A stretch of 64,000 nt of DNA. Source: Gemmatimonadota bacterium (GTDB lineage Bacteria; Gemmatimonadota; Gemmatimonadetes; Palauibacterales; KS3-K002). Numbering within the stretch: the first letter of the stretch is position 1; every line of letters begins with the position of its first letter. Under the pieces are notes generated by a model. It was not told the origin of the DNA, did no database searches, and worked only from the letters and a program-made list of their open reading frames with translations. The stretch is taken from positions 128,001-192,000 of the forward strand of contig JBDHJS010000001.1 in assembly GCA_039586795.1 (NCBI GenBank), given 5' to 3'. Positions 9,256-19,160 of this stretch are shown here, piece by piece. The position numbers and the translations under genes were made by a program.

Positions 9256-9405
9256 CCCGCGATCCGGGTGCGAACCTCCGCTCCCCCGCACGGCGAAGCA
9301 GCAACCCAGTCGTAGCGAGCCCAGCCGACCGGCTCGCCGTTGGTCATGCGGGGTGCAATCCTCTAACGCAGACGAAGCGCCCCGGCACAGAAGCAGAGGT
9401 TGTCA

Positions 9406-11550
9406 ATGTCGTTCAGCACTCCGTTCCCGACTCGAAGCCTGCGCAAGATCCTGATCACCACCCTGCCGCTCATCGGAATCCTGATTCAGACGGGGAACGC
9501 GGCTGCTCAGGATAGGCGCCGAATCCAGGCGAACGATCTATACCGCATCCAAACGGCCAGCAGCATCGCGCTGTCGCCGGACGGCAGCCAGGTCGCATAT
9601 CTGGTGACGCAAATAGACTCGGTAGACAATACTTACTACCGACACATATGGCTGGCGGACGTGGCCGGTGGCGAGCCGCGACAGCTGACTCGCGGCAAGG
9701 TTCGTGACGGGGCGCCAGCCTGGTCGCCCGACGGGACCAGGATCGCGTTTGTATCGGGCCGCGGCGCGGATGGACCGCAGATCTACATTCTACCCTTGAA
9801 CGGCGGAGAAGCCTGGCAGGTCACCGACCTCGAGAACGGCGCGTTCGGCCCTGTGTGGTCCCCAAACGGAGACAAGATTCTATTCGGTTCGACGCTCACG
9901 AATGAAGAGTTGGCAGAAGAGGCGTCGGAAGCGGATGCGACTGAGGAATCGGAAGCGGTAGACGCCGCGATGTTCGGATCGATGGCCACAATTCGGAACT
10001 GGCTGTCGAAGAACGCGGAGCAAGGCGAGCCGGCAGTCATCACACGTCTCAACTTCCAGGGCGAGCGCGGACTCGACCCGATCGAATCTTGGGCGCACAT
10101 CTACGAACTAGACCTCGATACCGAAGAGACGAAGCGGCTGACCGACGGACCGCACGACTTCTATGCCCAGTCCTACTCGCCGGATGGGCGGCGCATTCTC
10201 TTCGCCGCTGAGATATCAGAGGACGTGCATCCCGACTACGTGCAGAAGAGCGACCTCTACGTCATGGATGCTGACGGAAGCAATCGACGGCTTATCGGTG
10301 TCGCCGGTTATGTGTCGTTCAACCCGCAGTGGTCCCCCGATGGTAGCCGAATCGCTTTCGCCGCCCGAGACACACTAGAGCCCTCGGCCACCAGCACGCA
10401 TGTCGGCGTCATCGAGATCGATGCAAGCGGTGTCGCTGGCGAAGTGACCTGGGTCAGCCGGTCGCTAGACAGGAGCATCAACCAGTATCACTGGGCGTCG
10501 GACGGCGAGTCGATCTACTTCTCAGCCGGAGTGCATGGCACGATTCCGATCTACCGAGCGCCGGTGGGCGACGGCGAGGTCCGCCAGGTCGTGTCCGGTG
10601 AGCGGGGCGTTCAGAGCTTCGACCTCGCGGGAGAAACGTTGGCTTATTCTATCTCCGAGCCAGCGAATCCCTCCGAGATCTACGTGGCGAACGCAGACGG
10701 TGTAAACGAGCGTCGAGTGACCGATCTGAACACCGGCTGGCTCTCGGGCGTCTACGTTCAGCCGCACGCGGGCTTCTGGTACAGAAGCTTCGACGGCAAG
10801 CGGGTGCAGGGATGGGTGATAGAGCCCGTAGGTTACGAGCCGGGAAGCCAATACCCGCTGGCGGTGGAAATGCACGGTGGTCCGCACGTCATGTGGGGAC
10901 CCGGTGAAGCGTCGATGTGGCATGAGTTCCAGTTGCTCGCCGCCAACGGGTATGTCGTGTTATACACGAACCCGAGAGGCAGCGGCGGCTACGGTTACGA
11001 TTTCAAGCTCCAGATCCAACGCGCCTGGGGTGAGGGACCCATGCGTGATGTCCTGACCGCCGCCGATAGTATCGTGGCCCGCGGATTCATCGACGAGGAT
11101 CGAATGGTGGTGACGGGCGGAAGCTACGCCGGCTACCTGACCGCCTACCTGGTGGGGAACGACCATCGCTTTGCAGCCGCCGTTGCCCAGCGCGGCGTGT
11201 ATGACCTGGCGGTCTTCTTCGGGGAAGGCAACGCATGGCAGTTGGTGCGCTGGGAGTTCGACGCTTATCCGTGGGAGGATCCGGATATTCTGCGTCAGGA
11301 ATCTCCGATGACCTATGCGCACCTCATCGAGACGCCGTTGCTCATCATTCACTCCGATCGCGACCTCAGGACGGGAGTGTCGCAATCAGAGATGCTGTAC
11401 CGCACTCTCAAGGTTTTAGAGAGACCGGTCGAATACGCGCGGTATCCGCGTGAAGGGCACGACCTGTCTCGCAGCGGCGAACCGCTGCTGAGGATCGATC
11501 GACTGCTTCGGATACTCGAGTTCTTCGATCGATATGCAGCTGAACATTGA
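9406..11550 (+). CDS. S9 family peptidase (prolyl oligopeptidase/acylaminoacyl peptidase) with PD40 propeller and signal peptide
   Basis: WSPDG repeats, HGGP, NPRGS, GGSYAG nucleophile, DLRT and EGH. Confidence 0.92.
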   Translation: MSFSTPFPTRSLRKILITTLPLIGILIQTGNAAAQDRRRIQANDLYRIQTASSIALSPDGSQVAYLVTQIDSVDNTYYRHIWLADVAGGEPRQLTRGKVRDGAPAWSPDGTRIAFVSGRGADGPQIYILPLNGGEAWQVTDLENGAFGPVWSPNGDKILFGSTLTNEELAEEASEADATEESEAVDAAMFGSMATIRNWLSKNAEQGEPAVITRLNFQGERGLDPIESWAHIYELDLDTEETKRLTDGPHDFYAQSYSPDGRRILFAAEISEDVHPDYVQKSDLYVMDADGSNRRLIGVAGYVSFNPQWSPDGSRIAFAARDTLEPSATSTHVGVIEIDASGVAGEVTWVSRSLDRSINQYHWASDGESIYFSAGVHGTIPIYRAPVGDGEVRQVVSGERGVQSFDLAGETLAYSISEPANPSEIYVANADGVNERRVTDLNTGWLSGVYVQPHAGFWYRSFDGKRVQGWVIEPVGYEPGSQYPLAVEMHGGPHVMWGPGEASMWHEFQLLAANGYVVLYTNPRGSGGYGYDFKLQIQRAWGEGPMRDVLTAADSIVARGFIDEDRMVVTGGSYAGYLTAYLVGNDHRFAAAVAQRGVYDLAVFFGEGNAWQLVRWEFDAYPWEDPDILRQESPMTYAHLIETPLLIIHSDRDLRTGVSQSEMLYRTLKVLERPVEYARYPREGHDLSRSGEPLLRIDRLLRILEFFDRYAAEH

Positions 11551-11569
11551 GCAAATGTTCAGCTGCGCT

Positions 11570-13600
11570 TCACTGGGTACCTGCGATCTTCCAGGGAATG
11601 ACGCCCAGCGCTCGGTACAATTCCGCCGGGTCGAATAGCACGCCATCCTTCATAACCAGCTCAACGCGTCGTATGTCGGAGATCTCCGCAAGCGGATCCC
11701 CATCAACGACGATGATGTCGGCAAGCTTTCCGGGCTCGATCGAGCCCAGCTGATCGTCACGGTTGGTGACTTGTGCCGCTTCGAGCGTCGCCATACGCAA
11801 CGCATCGGCGCTCGGTATACCGGCCTCGACGTAGAGTTCGAGCTCGCGGTGCAGCGTGAAGCCGGCGAGCGCATCAGTGCCGGCCACGAGTTGAACGCCC
11901 GACTGATGTAGCTCGTTTACGAAAGCCAGCATCGCACGGAAGCCCGCCCGATACCGCTCGTCCATCCCATCAGGCACCGGAAGGCCGCCAGCCAGCATTC
12001 CCCGTCGCACCTGGGGCGGCAGGCGGTTGGCGATCAGCTTGTCGCCATCCGCCATCACACCGGGGCGCGCGTTGAACATCGACTCGAAGATCGCAATGGT
12101 GGGGTCAACCACGACATCGTTCTCTTTGAGAAGAGCGATGAATTCCTGCACGCTGTCGGCCTTCAAATCGAGTTCAGAACCGTGTTGCGCCACGGCGATG
12201 AACCTAACCGGCGTACGTGTGTCGAGCGTGTCACCCAGAAAGTTCAAGAACAGCATGTTGATGTGAGTTACCTCGTCCCATCCTTGCTCGACGGCCTGAC
12301 GCGCCGTCATGAAGGCGGGGATGTGCCCGCTAACCGGAAGACCGTGGTAGTGCGAACGCTCGATGATTACGGGGACGAGCTCGGTCTTGATCGAACTATA
12401 GACTTTGATCTGTTCGTAGCCGAGCTCTGCGTAACGGTCGATGGCCTGGTTGATCTCCTCGGGCGTATCGACGAGGATCTTTGTCGGCCCGGCGAACGGT
12501 CCCGGCCCGTCCATGAAGCCGGCCATCACGATCCGCGGGCCGATCGCGGCTCCCTTATTGAACTCCTCGCGTCTCTCCAACAGGTAGTCGATGTCGTTCG
12601 CCATGTCGCGTACGCTGGTAACGCCCCCGGCCAGGTTGAGGAGACCGCCGTCGTCACCGAGGTGAACATGCATGTCCCACAGCCCAGGCATGATGGTCTT
12701 GCCGTGAGCATCGATCAGGCGGGCGTCGGATGGGATCGCGACTTCAGCGTCGCGGCCGACGGCGGTGATTCGGTTGCCGGTGACGACCACCGTCTGCTCC
12801 TCGACCATCCTGCCGACGACAGGGTCGAACAGGTTGGCGCCAACGAAGGCGACCGGCACATCGGGGCGATCAGCAAGGGTTGCGGCAAGCCCCTGCGCAC
12901 GTCCCGCCTTCGCCTGATCCTGCAACTCCACGAGCTGCGGCACGACGCTTTCCCAGCCTTCTCTGACGATATCGAGCCATCCCGTCGGCATAGCGAACAG
13001 TTCACCTTCGTCATCAAGCCAGAGACGGAACGGCGAGAAGCCGAGCCCGACGATCGCGTAGTGGTGGACGGTCTTGCGCACGCCATCGGCCTCTACGGTC
13101 AGCGAGCCGACCCGTTCGATGGAAGCCATACCACCCGGCAGAAGCGCCAACTCTTGTCCCGATGCTGCGAGCAACGCTCTTGCGAGCACAGCCCCGTCCT
13201 CGGGCGTCGATTGGAGGGGAGCGTAGAAGACGGGTGTCGTCGGCGCCATCGACCCTTCTTCAGCGCTGCTCTTCCATGACGCGGATCCGCCTTCGACCCA
13301 GTATCGCTCCTCGACGGGCGACTTCAGGTAATCGTTACCGGTGATCTCGATGCGCGTGGGGATGCCGTTATCGTCGAGCACCAGGATCTGATCGACCGAT
13401 GGACCCCGCCCGCGATCGTTGAACTCGAAGTGAGCTCGCCTACTATGAGGCGAGTCGATCCACACGATGTGATATCCGGCAGGATTCCCCTGCATGAGGA
13501 CCGCATAGCGAAGCGAGTCCGCTTCGCTTGCTGAGCCGACGGAGGGCACAAGGAAACCTGGAAGCGAGAAGAAGGAGATGACGACGCCTGTGATCCGCAT
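11570..13600 (-). CDS. Secreted amidohydrolase family protein with N-terminal extension
   Basis: PGLWDMHVH, GHI, AGTD and GKLADIIVVDGDPL; signal-like N-terminus from ATG 13600. Confidence 0.88.
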   Translation of the reverse strand: MRITGVVISFFSLPGFLVPSVGSASEADSLRYAVLMQGNPAGYHIVWIDSPHSRRAHFEFNDRGRGPSVDQILVLDDNGIPTRIEITGNDYLKSPVEERYWVEGGSASWKSSAEEGSMAPTTPVFYAPLQSTPEDGAVLARALLAASGQELALLPGGMASIERVGSLTVEADGVRKTVHHYAIVGLGFSPFRLWLDDEGELFAMPTGWLDIVREGWESVVPQLVELQDQAKAGRAQGLAATLADRPDVPVAFVGANLFDPVVGRMVEEQTVVVTGNRITAVGRDAEVAIPSDARLIDAHGKTIMPGLWDMHVHLGDDGGLLNLAGGVTSVRDMANDIDYLLERREEFNKGAAIGPRIVMAGFMDGPGPFAGPTKILVDTPEEINQAIDRYAELGYEQIKVYSSIKTELVPVIIERSHYHGLPVSGHIPAFMTARQAVEQGWDEVTHINMLFLNFLGDTLDTRTPVRFIAVAQHGSELDLKADSVQEFIALLKENDVVVDPTIAIFESMFNARPGVMADGDKLIANRLPPQVRRGMLAGGLPVPDGMDERYRAGFRAMLAFVNELHQSGVQLVAGTDALAGFTLHRELELYVEAGIPSADALRMATLEAAQVTNRDDQLGSIEPGKLADIIVVDGDPLAEISDIRRVELVMKDGVLFDPAELYRALGVIPWKIAGTQ

Positions 13601-13649
13601 GGCACTCGGGTCCTTTCGGCTGAGTGATCCGGCCCCGCGGGTGCTGTGA

Positions 13650-14357
13650 CTACTCGGCCAATCCACGGTCGGCCATATATCCAATGATCTCTTCGATGGT
13701 CGCTTGTCCTGAATGCAGCGGCGAACCGACGAGCACAGCGTCGACCTGACCGATCATCAATGCATCGAACAGGTCTGCCACATCTCTGGCCACTCCGTCA
13801 GCGATGACCTGCCTGCGGAACGCTGAGCCTACGCTTTGCAGCAACTCGAAATCGAAGGGGGCCGCTTGCGGATCCGGATCTGCCGATTCGACGATCAGTT
13901 CGCCGGCGCCCTGGGCTTCGATTACGGCCGCCCACGTTGCAGCATCCCATTCCGTATCGCTTCCATCTCGCGCCTCCATGACTCGCCACACGGATCCTTC
14001 GGGCCGGACTATCATCGCGACCGCGACCGCGTCACCCCCCAGTTCCGTAGCCAGTCGGGCGATCAGGTCGGGGTCCAGCAGCGCCGAGGATTGAACGACG
14101 ATTCCGTGCGCTCCGGCGGAGAGGAGAGGGGCGACTTCGGAAGGATCCGACGGCTCGACGCGATACGAGAAGCGGCTCGAAACACAGGACGCAAGGTCTC
14201 GCGAGAGCGCTTCCAGAAGTTCGAATGGCGTTTGCCGTGCGTCGAACAGCAACCTGTTGGCGCCGGCTTCGGCGTAGGCTGCGGCGACTTCAACCGGATC
14301 GGCGGATGCGACCCTTGCGTCCTGGCCAAGCGCCAGCGACGGAATGACTCGTTCCAA
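13650..14357 (-). CDS. Divergent HisF-like TIM-barrel protein (catalytic residues absent)
   Basis: RVIP, DPVEVAAAYAEAGA, GAGELI, FDFELL, H..G..TIEEI..Y follow HisF along its whole length. Confidence 0.75.
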   Translation of the reverse strand: MERVIPSLALGQDARVASADPVEVAAAYAEAGANRLLFDARQTPFELLEALSRDLASCVSSRFSYRVEPSDPSEVAPLLSAGAHGIVVQSSALLDPDLIARLATELGGDAVAVAMIVRPEGSVWRVMEARDGSDTEWDAATWAAVIEAQGAGELIVESADPDPQAAPFDFELLQSVGSAFRRQVIADGVARDVADLFDALMIGQVDAVLVGSPLHSGQATIEEIIGYMADRGLAE

Positions 14358-14360
14358 CGC

Positions 14361-15212
14361 CTACTGGGACTCCTCTTCCTCCGGTTCGATCTCTAGCGGC
14401 ACATTCTTACGGATTCGATGACTAAACAGAGTTATCTCTCTGAAGCCGGCGTTGTGCAGGGTGCGAGCCCCGACGTCGAGCCCCTGATCAAAACTCGAAG
14501 GCACGTGACTATCCGTACCGATGGTGACCGTGGCGATCTGAGCTTCCTTGGCGAGCTGGAGGACATCGAGGCCCGGATAGGGTTCCGCTGGCGCCTGCAC
14601 GACGCCCGAAGTGTTCACCTCGATACCAATCCCCTTGGCGACGAGTTTGTCCAGCACACGTCGGACTTGCGACTCAAACGGTCTGACTTCGAACGCGCCG
14701 TAGTACTTGGTGCCGTAACGCTTCACCATATCGAAGTGACCGACGACGTCGAAGCCGCCCCAATCCACCATCTCGTCCAAAGCCTCGAAGTAGAGGCCAT
14801 AGGCATCCGAAACATCGCGATCCTTGAAATAGCTACCCACCGCGCCACCGGATATCTGGTGACCGTCCACAATGTGCACCGATCCGATAATGAGATCGAA
14901 GTCAACCGAGTCGACGAGCGCGTCGAGCGTCTCGACCCATTCCGGACGGTACTCGAGCTCGGCGCCCAACAGAATCCGCATATCCGGATACTCGGGCTGC
15001 AGCCGTTCGATCTCGTGCTGCAACTGTTCGTAGCGTTGCCGGGCGTCAACGAGATCGAGGACCCAATCACCGTGGTCGGGGCTCAGAACTTCGGCGTGGT
15101 TTGTGAAGCAGATCTCATCGAAGCCGAGATCGAACGCGACCTCGCAGACCTCGGCCGTGCTTCCGCGACCGTCGCTCGAATACTGGTTGTGGAGATGATA
15201 GTTGATGCGCAC
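14361..15212 (-). CDS. Histidinol-phosphatase, PHP (HisJ/HisK) family
   Basis: NYHLHN, FTNH, GAELEY, IGSVH, GHFD, EVNTSG and GTDSH. Confidence 0.88.
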   Translation of the reverse strand: MRINYHLHNQYSSDGRGSTAEVCEVAFDLGFDEICFTNHAEVLSPDHGDWVLDLVDARQRYEQLQHEIERLQPEYPDMRILLGAELEYRPEWVETLDALVDSVDFDLIIGSVHIVDGHQISGGAVGSYFKDRDVSDAYGLYFEALDEMVDWGGFDVVGHFDMVKRYGTKYYGAFEVRPFESQVRRVLDKLVAKGIGIEVNTSGVVQAPAEPYPGLDVLQLAKEAQIATVTIGTDSHVPSSFDQGLDVGARTLHNAGFREITLFSHRIRKNVPLEIEPEEEESQ

Positions 15213-15216
15213 GGCA

Positions 15217-15876
15217 CTAGCTCTGGTTGACAACGGCGACGGCAACGCCGTCGCGCGTTGGAACGATTATCGAAGTGAGTCTCGAGTCTTTGGCCAGCAT
15301 TCGATTGAACTTCTGGATGCTCAAAACACCCGGATCTTCGCTGTCCGTTTCCACGACTCGCCCACTCTTGAACGCATTGTCGCCGATCACAAGCCCACCC
15401 GGCCGTATGTTGGCGATAGACCACTCTAGGTACTGCGGGTAATTCTCCTTGTCCGCGTCGATGAAGACGGCATCGAACGGCCCCGCGGCCGCCAGCTCAT
15501 CGAGCAAGTCGAAGGCGACACCTTGCCAGACCTCCGCTCGATCGTCCAGGCCGGCGCGAGCGACAAATCGCCGCGCAAGCTGAGCCCTATCCGGCTCCAT
15601 CTCCACGCTGATCAACCGGCCGTCGGCGGGCAGCGCCCGGGCCATCCAGACCGCGCTGTAACCTCCGAGGGTCCCGAGCTCGACGACCGTGCGTGCTCCG
15701 ATGGCCCTCAGAAGAACCTGCAGCAGTCGCCCTTCCTCCGCGTCGATGTATATGGCGGGCATGCCCAGCTCGACCATCTCGCGGCGCAAATCCTCCAGGA
15801 CCTGGTCCTCAGGTGCAAAGAGCTCGGCAACGTAGCGGGAGCATTCCTCACGAGTAATCTCGTCCGTAGTCACCAC
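15217..15876 (-). CDS. SAM-dependent O-methyltransferase (Methyltransf_3)
   Basis: ELGTLGGYS, FIDADKENY, IGDN and RDG; GGAGG RBS before GTG 15876/15873. Confidence 0.9.
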   Translation of the reverse strand: MVTTDEITREECSRYVAELFAPEDQVLEDLRREMVELGMPAIYIDAEEGRLLQVLLRAIGARTVVELGTLGGYSAVWMARALPADGRLISVEMEPDRAQLARRFVARAGLDDRAEVWQGVAFDLLDELAAAGPFDAVFIDADKENYPQYLEWSIANIRPGGLVIGDNAFKSGRVVETDSEDPGVLSIQKFNRMLAKDSRLTSIIVPTRDGVAVAVVNQS

Positions 15877-15895
15877 CTCCGAAGCGCGACGAGCG

Positions 15896-17290
15896 TCAAT
15901 CGCTGGCCGGGACGTAACGACCGGCCTGGTATCTTTGGGCGGATGAAACCCACACCCGTACTTTCGGCGCCGTGGCGACGCGTGGCCGCTCCGAACTGGC
16001 CTGAAGTTGCGTGGCCAGAGCATCCGGGTCGGCGGCGGCCAGCTCTCCCACGGAATTGACGCCCGAATCCCACAACAGCCTGGCGTTATCGACGCCGATT
16101 CCCCTCAAGATTATGAGCTGTGCGGCGCTGACCCAATCCTGTGCATCGGCTGCGGGCGCGCCGGTGGCAGCGGCCACGGCCTCGGGATCCGCTCCGGCCA
16201 GCGCGAAGAGATCGACATAGGGAGTGTCGGCGAGGCGCTCGATCTGAGCGGGGTTGGCAAGCCACATCTCGCTCAATCTTGGCCGAAGCGAGTCGGTGTT
16301 CCAGCGATCCATGCCGAAGAGGACGGCGATGGAGAATACGATGGCGCCGACGACAGCCACCACCGAGCGACCAGGTCGTGGACTGTGCTTGGGTTCGTCG
16401 CCTTCATCCTCGGGCACAGCGACGCGAAGCAGGACGAGTGTCTGGTACATGACGAAGCAGTCGAGGGCGAAAACCGGGAAACCGAAGAACCCGAGCAGCG
16501 GCATCTCGAACAGCTTGAAGTTCTCGAAGCCTGGAACGGTGTAGATCCACTTGCTCCGTGATTCGATGTTGTAGAACTCCCAGAGCAAGCCGATGAACAG
16601 GCCACCTGTAAGAAAACGAAGCAGTCGGCCGGGACGTCCCCGGGATAAGTCACCGAGCAGAGAGCGACTGGGGTCGCGGCTGTAGTTCCACGGCTCGAGC
16701 AGCAGCGTCAACGCGCCCCACACCATCGGGAAGAAGGCACGCGGCCAAGCCATGCTCAGCAGCGCGAACACGACACCGCCCAGGAAGAGAACCAGCAGCC
16801 CAGATCGACTAACAGCGAACGTGGGCCAGCGCAGTTTGTCGTACAGACCTCTGGTGTCAAGCAGGCGCTCGGCCAGGAAGATCGCGGGAAACACTGTCGC
16901 AAACGACACCGCCGTACCCAACCATCTCACGAGCCGGTCAGGTGGCAGATTGACGTAGTACCAGTTCGCCAGTCGAAAATTGACGAGCTCGAAGAAGAAC
17001 CAGGCGACGGCCGACCAAAAGAGAAGCGAAGCGGCGAAGCGCGGTCGCGATAACACATAGTAGCGTCCGCTGTGCGCGGCCTGAACCGCGTCGAGCAGCA
17101 GGATAGTCGGGTACCAAGCGCAGATATAGAAGAAGTTCACGAACGGCCACACCCTGTTGAGCATGAGCACGGCGGCCGTGACGAGGAAGAGCAAAGCGGG
17201 CACTCCGACGAGCCACGGTGACGGGCTAACTGCCGCCTCCCGCGAACTGCCGACCGAACCCGGAGCCATCGTTCCGCTAGTGCTACTCAT
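15896..17290 (-). CDS. Multi-pass membrane protein with C-terminal DUF4332-like (HhH) domain
   Basis: Multiple hydrophobic helices with WEFYN and FEMPLLG; C-terminal LRGIG...LWDSGVNSVGELA. Confidence 0.75.
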   Translation of the reverse strand: MSSTSGTMAPGSVGSSREAAVSPSPWLVGVPALLFLVTAAVLMLNRVWPFVNFFYICAWYPTILLLDAVQAAHSGRYYVLSRPRFAASLLFWSAVAWFFFELVNFRLANWYYVNLPPDRLVRWLGTAVSFATVFPAIFLAERLLDTRGLYDKLRWPTFAVSRSGLLVLFLGGVVFALLSMAWPRAFFPMVWGALTLLLEPWNYSRDPSRSLLGDLSRGRPGRLLRFLTGGLFIGLLWEFYNIESRSKWIYTVPGFENFKLFEMPLLGFFGFPVFALDCFVMYQTLVLLRVAVPEDEGDEPKHSPRPGRSVVAVVGAIVFSIAVLFGMDRWNTDSLRPRLSEMWLANPAQIERLADTPYVDLFALAGADPEAVAAATGAPAADAQDWVSAAQLIILRGIGVDNARLLWDSGVNSVGELAAADPDALATQLQASSERPRVATAPKVRVWVSSAQRYQAGRYVPASD

Positions 17291-19077
17291 CAGTCGGTGG
17301 ATTCCTCCTCGATCAGCGAGTCCAGGCTGGCCAAACCTGGATCCGCGAAGACGACACGACCGCCTACGATCGTAGCGAGGACTCGTACGTCCTTTATTGC
17401 GCCTGGTGCGATGGCCGTGAGGTCGTTATCGACGATCGTGAAGTCTGCGAGCTTTCCGACCTCGATGCTCCCCTTGATGTGCTCCTCCCGGGCTGCGTAG
17501 GCGTTGTTAATGGTGTAGGCACGAATCGCGGTCTCTACATCAACACGCTGCTCGGGGAACCAACCCTCAGCCGGTTCGCCGTCGAGCGTCTGGCGCGTCA
17601 CGGCGGCGTAGATGCCGAGTAGCGGCTTGGCTGGGTACCAGGCGGCGTTGGTGCCGGGCCAATCGGAACCGAACGAGAGGACGGCGCCACCTTCCTGAAG
17701 CGACTTGAACGCATACGCGCCCTTGCACCGCTCGTGTCCGATCCGCTCTTCCATCCATCGCATGTCGTCGATGGCATGGTACGGCTGAACCTCCGCGATG
17801 ACGCCGAGCTCCCCGAACCGTTCGAAGTCGTCCTCTTCAACTACCTGCGCGTGGATCATCCGAAACCGATGGTCGCCTGGACCGTTACGCTCGATGGCCG
17901 CCTCGAACCAATCGAGCAGCGTGTCGACGGCAAGGTCGCCGATGGCATGAACCTGTGGGGTCAAGCCCACGGAATCGGCGCCGCGGATCAGTTCGGCGAT
18001 GCCGGGCGGCTGGAGGACCATGGTGCGCCAGATACCGCGCTGGTCGGGCTGGTGGTCGTACGGCTCCCGGAAAAGGGCGCTGGAGTTGCCCATGATGCCG
18101 TCCACGAAGCCTTTGAGGCCACCGACCTTCAAGTACTCATCGCCATACCCGTGAGTGATTCCGACGGCGGCCAAATGCTCCCACATGTCCAGCGTCGGTC
18201 GCGCGTAGATCCGGACGGTGAGTTGATCCCGATCTCTCAAGTACTGAAAGACGCGCATCTGATGGGCGCGCGTGATATCGTGAATGCCGGTCACACCGTT
18301 CTCGGCCAGACGCTCCAAGGCGACGTGAGCTTCCATCACGCGCTGCTCGAACGACTTGGGCGGTACGACGCTGCGCACCAGGTCGACGGCGTTACCCGTC
18401 AGGATTCCCGTCGGCTCGCCGGTGGACGGATCGCGCTCGATGACGCCGCCCACTGGGTTGCGCGTCCGGCTCGTGATCCCGGCGCGCTCCAATGCCAGTC
18501 CGTTAGCCAGATATTCGCTGCCATCCCATCGACTGAGCAGTACTGGCGTCTCGGGCGTCAGCTGGTCGATCATTTCGCGATGCGGCTTGAAGCGCTCCTG
18601 CGAAGCGTCTCCCGCCTCCCGGCCAGTCGAGCCCATTTCCCATTCCTCATAGGCTCCCCAATCGCCGTCGAGAATCCAGGCGCCATCCGGCAAGCGGTCG
18701 CGAGCACCCTCCACTCTCTGAGCCAGCATTTCGGCATCCGAGACGTCGAGCAGGTTGATGCCGAGAAGCAGTCGGGCCGCGTAGTCGAAATGCGTATGGT
18801 TGTCGATGAAGCCGGGGATCACAAAAGCCCCGTCGAGATCGATGACTTCGGTAGTCGATCCTTGGTGGCGTGAGATTTCATCAGCGCTGCCGACGGCGAT
18901 GATCGCATCGCCTCGCACGGCGACCGCTTCGGCTCGTGGCATCTCCTCATTCACCGTGTAGATCAGACCGTTTGTGAAGATCAGATCCGCGGTCTCATCC
19001 TGCCGCGATGAAATCGTCAACACAGGGATAACGACTACTGCGCCCGCAACCGCCATCAGCAACAGGGAGTTTCGCAT
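17290..19077 (-). CDS. Amidohydrolase, YtcJ-like (Amidohydro_3)
   Basis: PGFIDNHTH, KGFVDG, HAIGD, RMIHAQ, FGSDWP and YTINNAY. Confidence 0.9.
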   Translation of the reverse strand: MRNSLLLMAVAGAVVVIPVLTISSRQDETADLIFTNGLIYTVNEEMPRAEAVAVRGDAIIAVGSADEISRHQGSTTEVIDLDGAFVIPGFIDNHTHFDYAARLLLGINLLDVSDAEMLAQRVEGARDRLPDGAWILDGDWGAYEEWEMGSTGREAGDASQERFKPHREMIDQLTPETPVLLSRWDGSEYLANGLALERAGITSRTRNPVGGVIERDPSTGEPTGILTGNAVDLVRSVVPPKSFEQRVMEAHVALERLAENGVTGIHDITRAHQMRVFQYLRDRDQLTVRIYARPTLDMWEHLAAVGITHGYGDEYLKVGGLKGFVDGIMGNSSALFREPYDHQPDQRGIWRTMVLQPPGIAELIRGADSVGLTPQVHAIGDLAVDTLLDWFEAAIERNGPGDHRFRMIHAQVVEEDDFERFGELGVIAEVQPYHAIDDMRWMEERIGHERCKGAYAFKSLQEGGAVLSFGSDWPGTNAAWYPAKPLLGIYAAVTRQTLDGEPAEGWFPEQRVDVETAIRAYTINNAYAAREEHIKGSIEVGKLADFTIVDNDLTAIAPGAIKDVRVLATIVGGRVVFADPGLASLDSLIEEESTD

Positions 19078-19160
19078 GGTTCCCGTCCTGCCCGGGGTTG
19101 ATAGGAATGGATAGTGGCACTTAATGTAGGCCGAAATCTGGCCTTCAACAGGGCGGCTCC

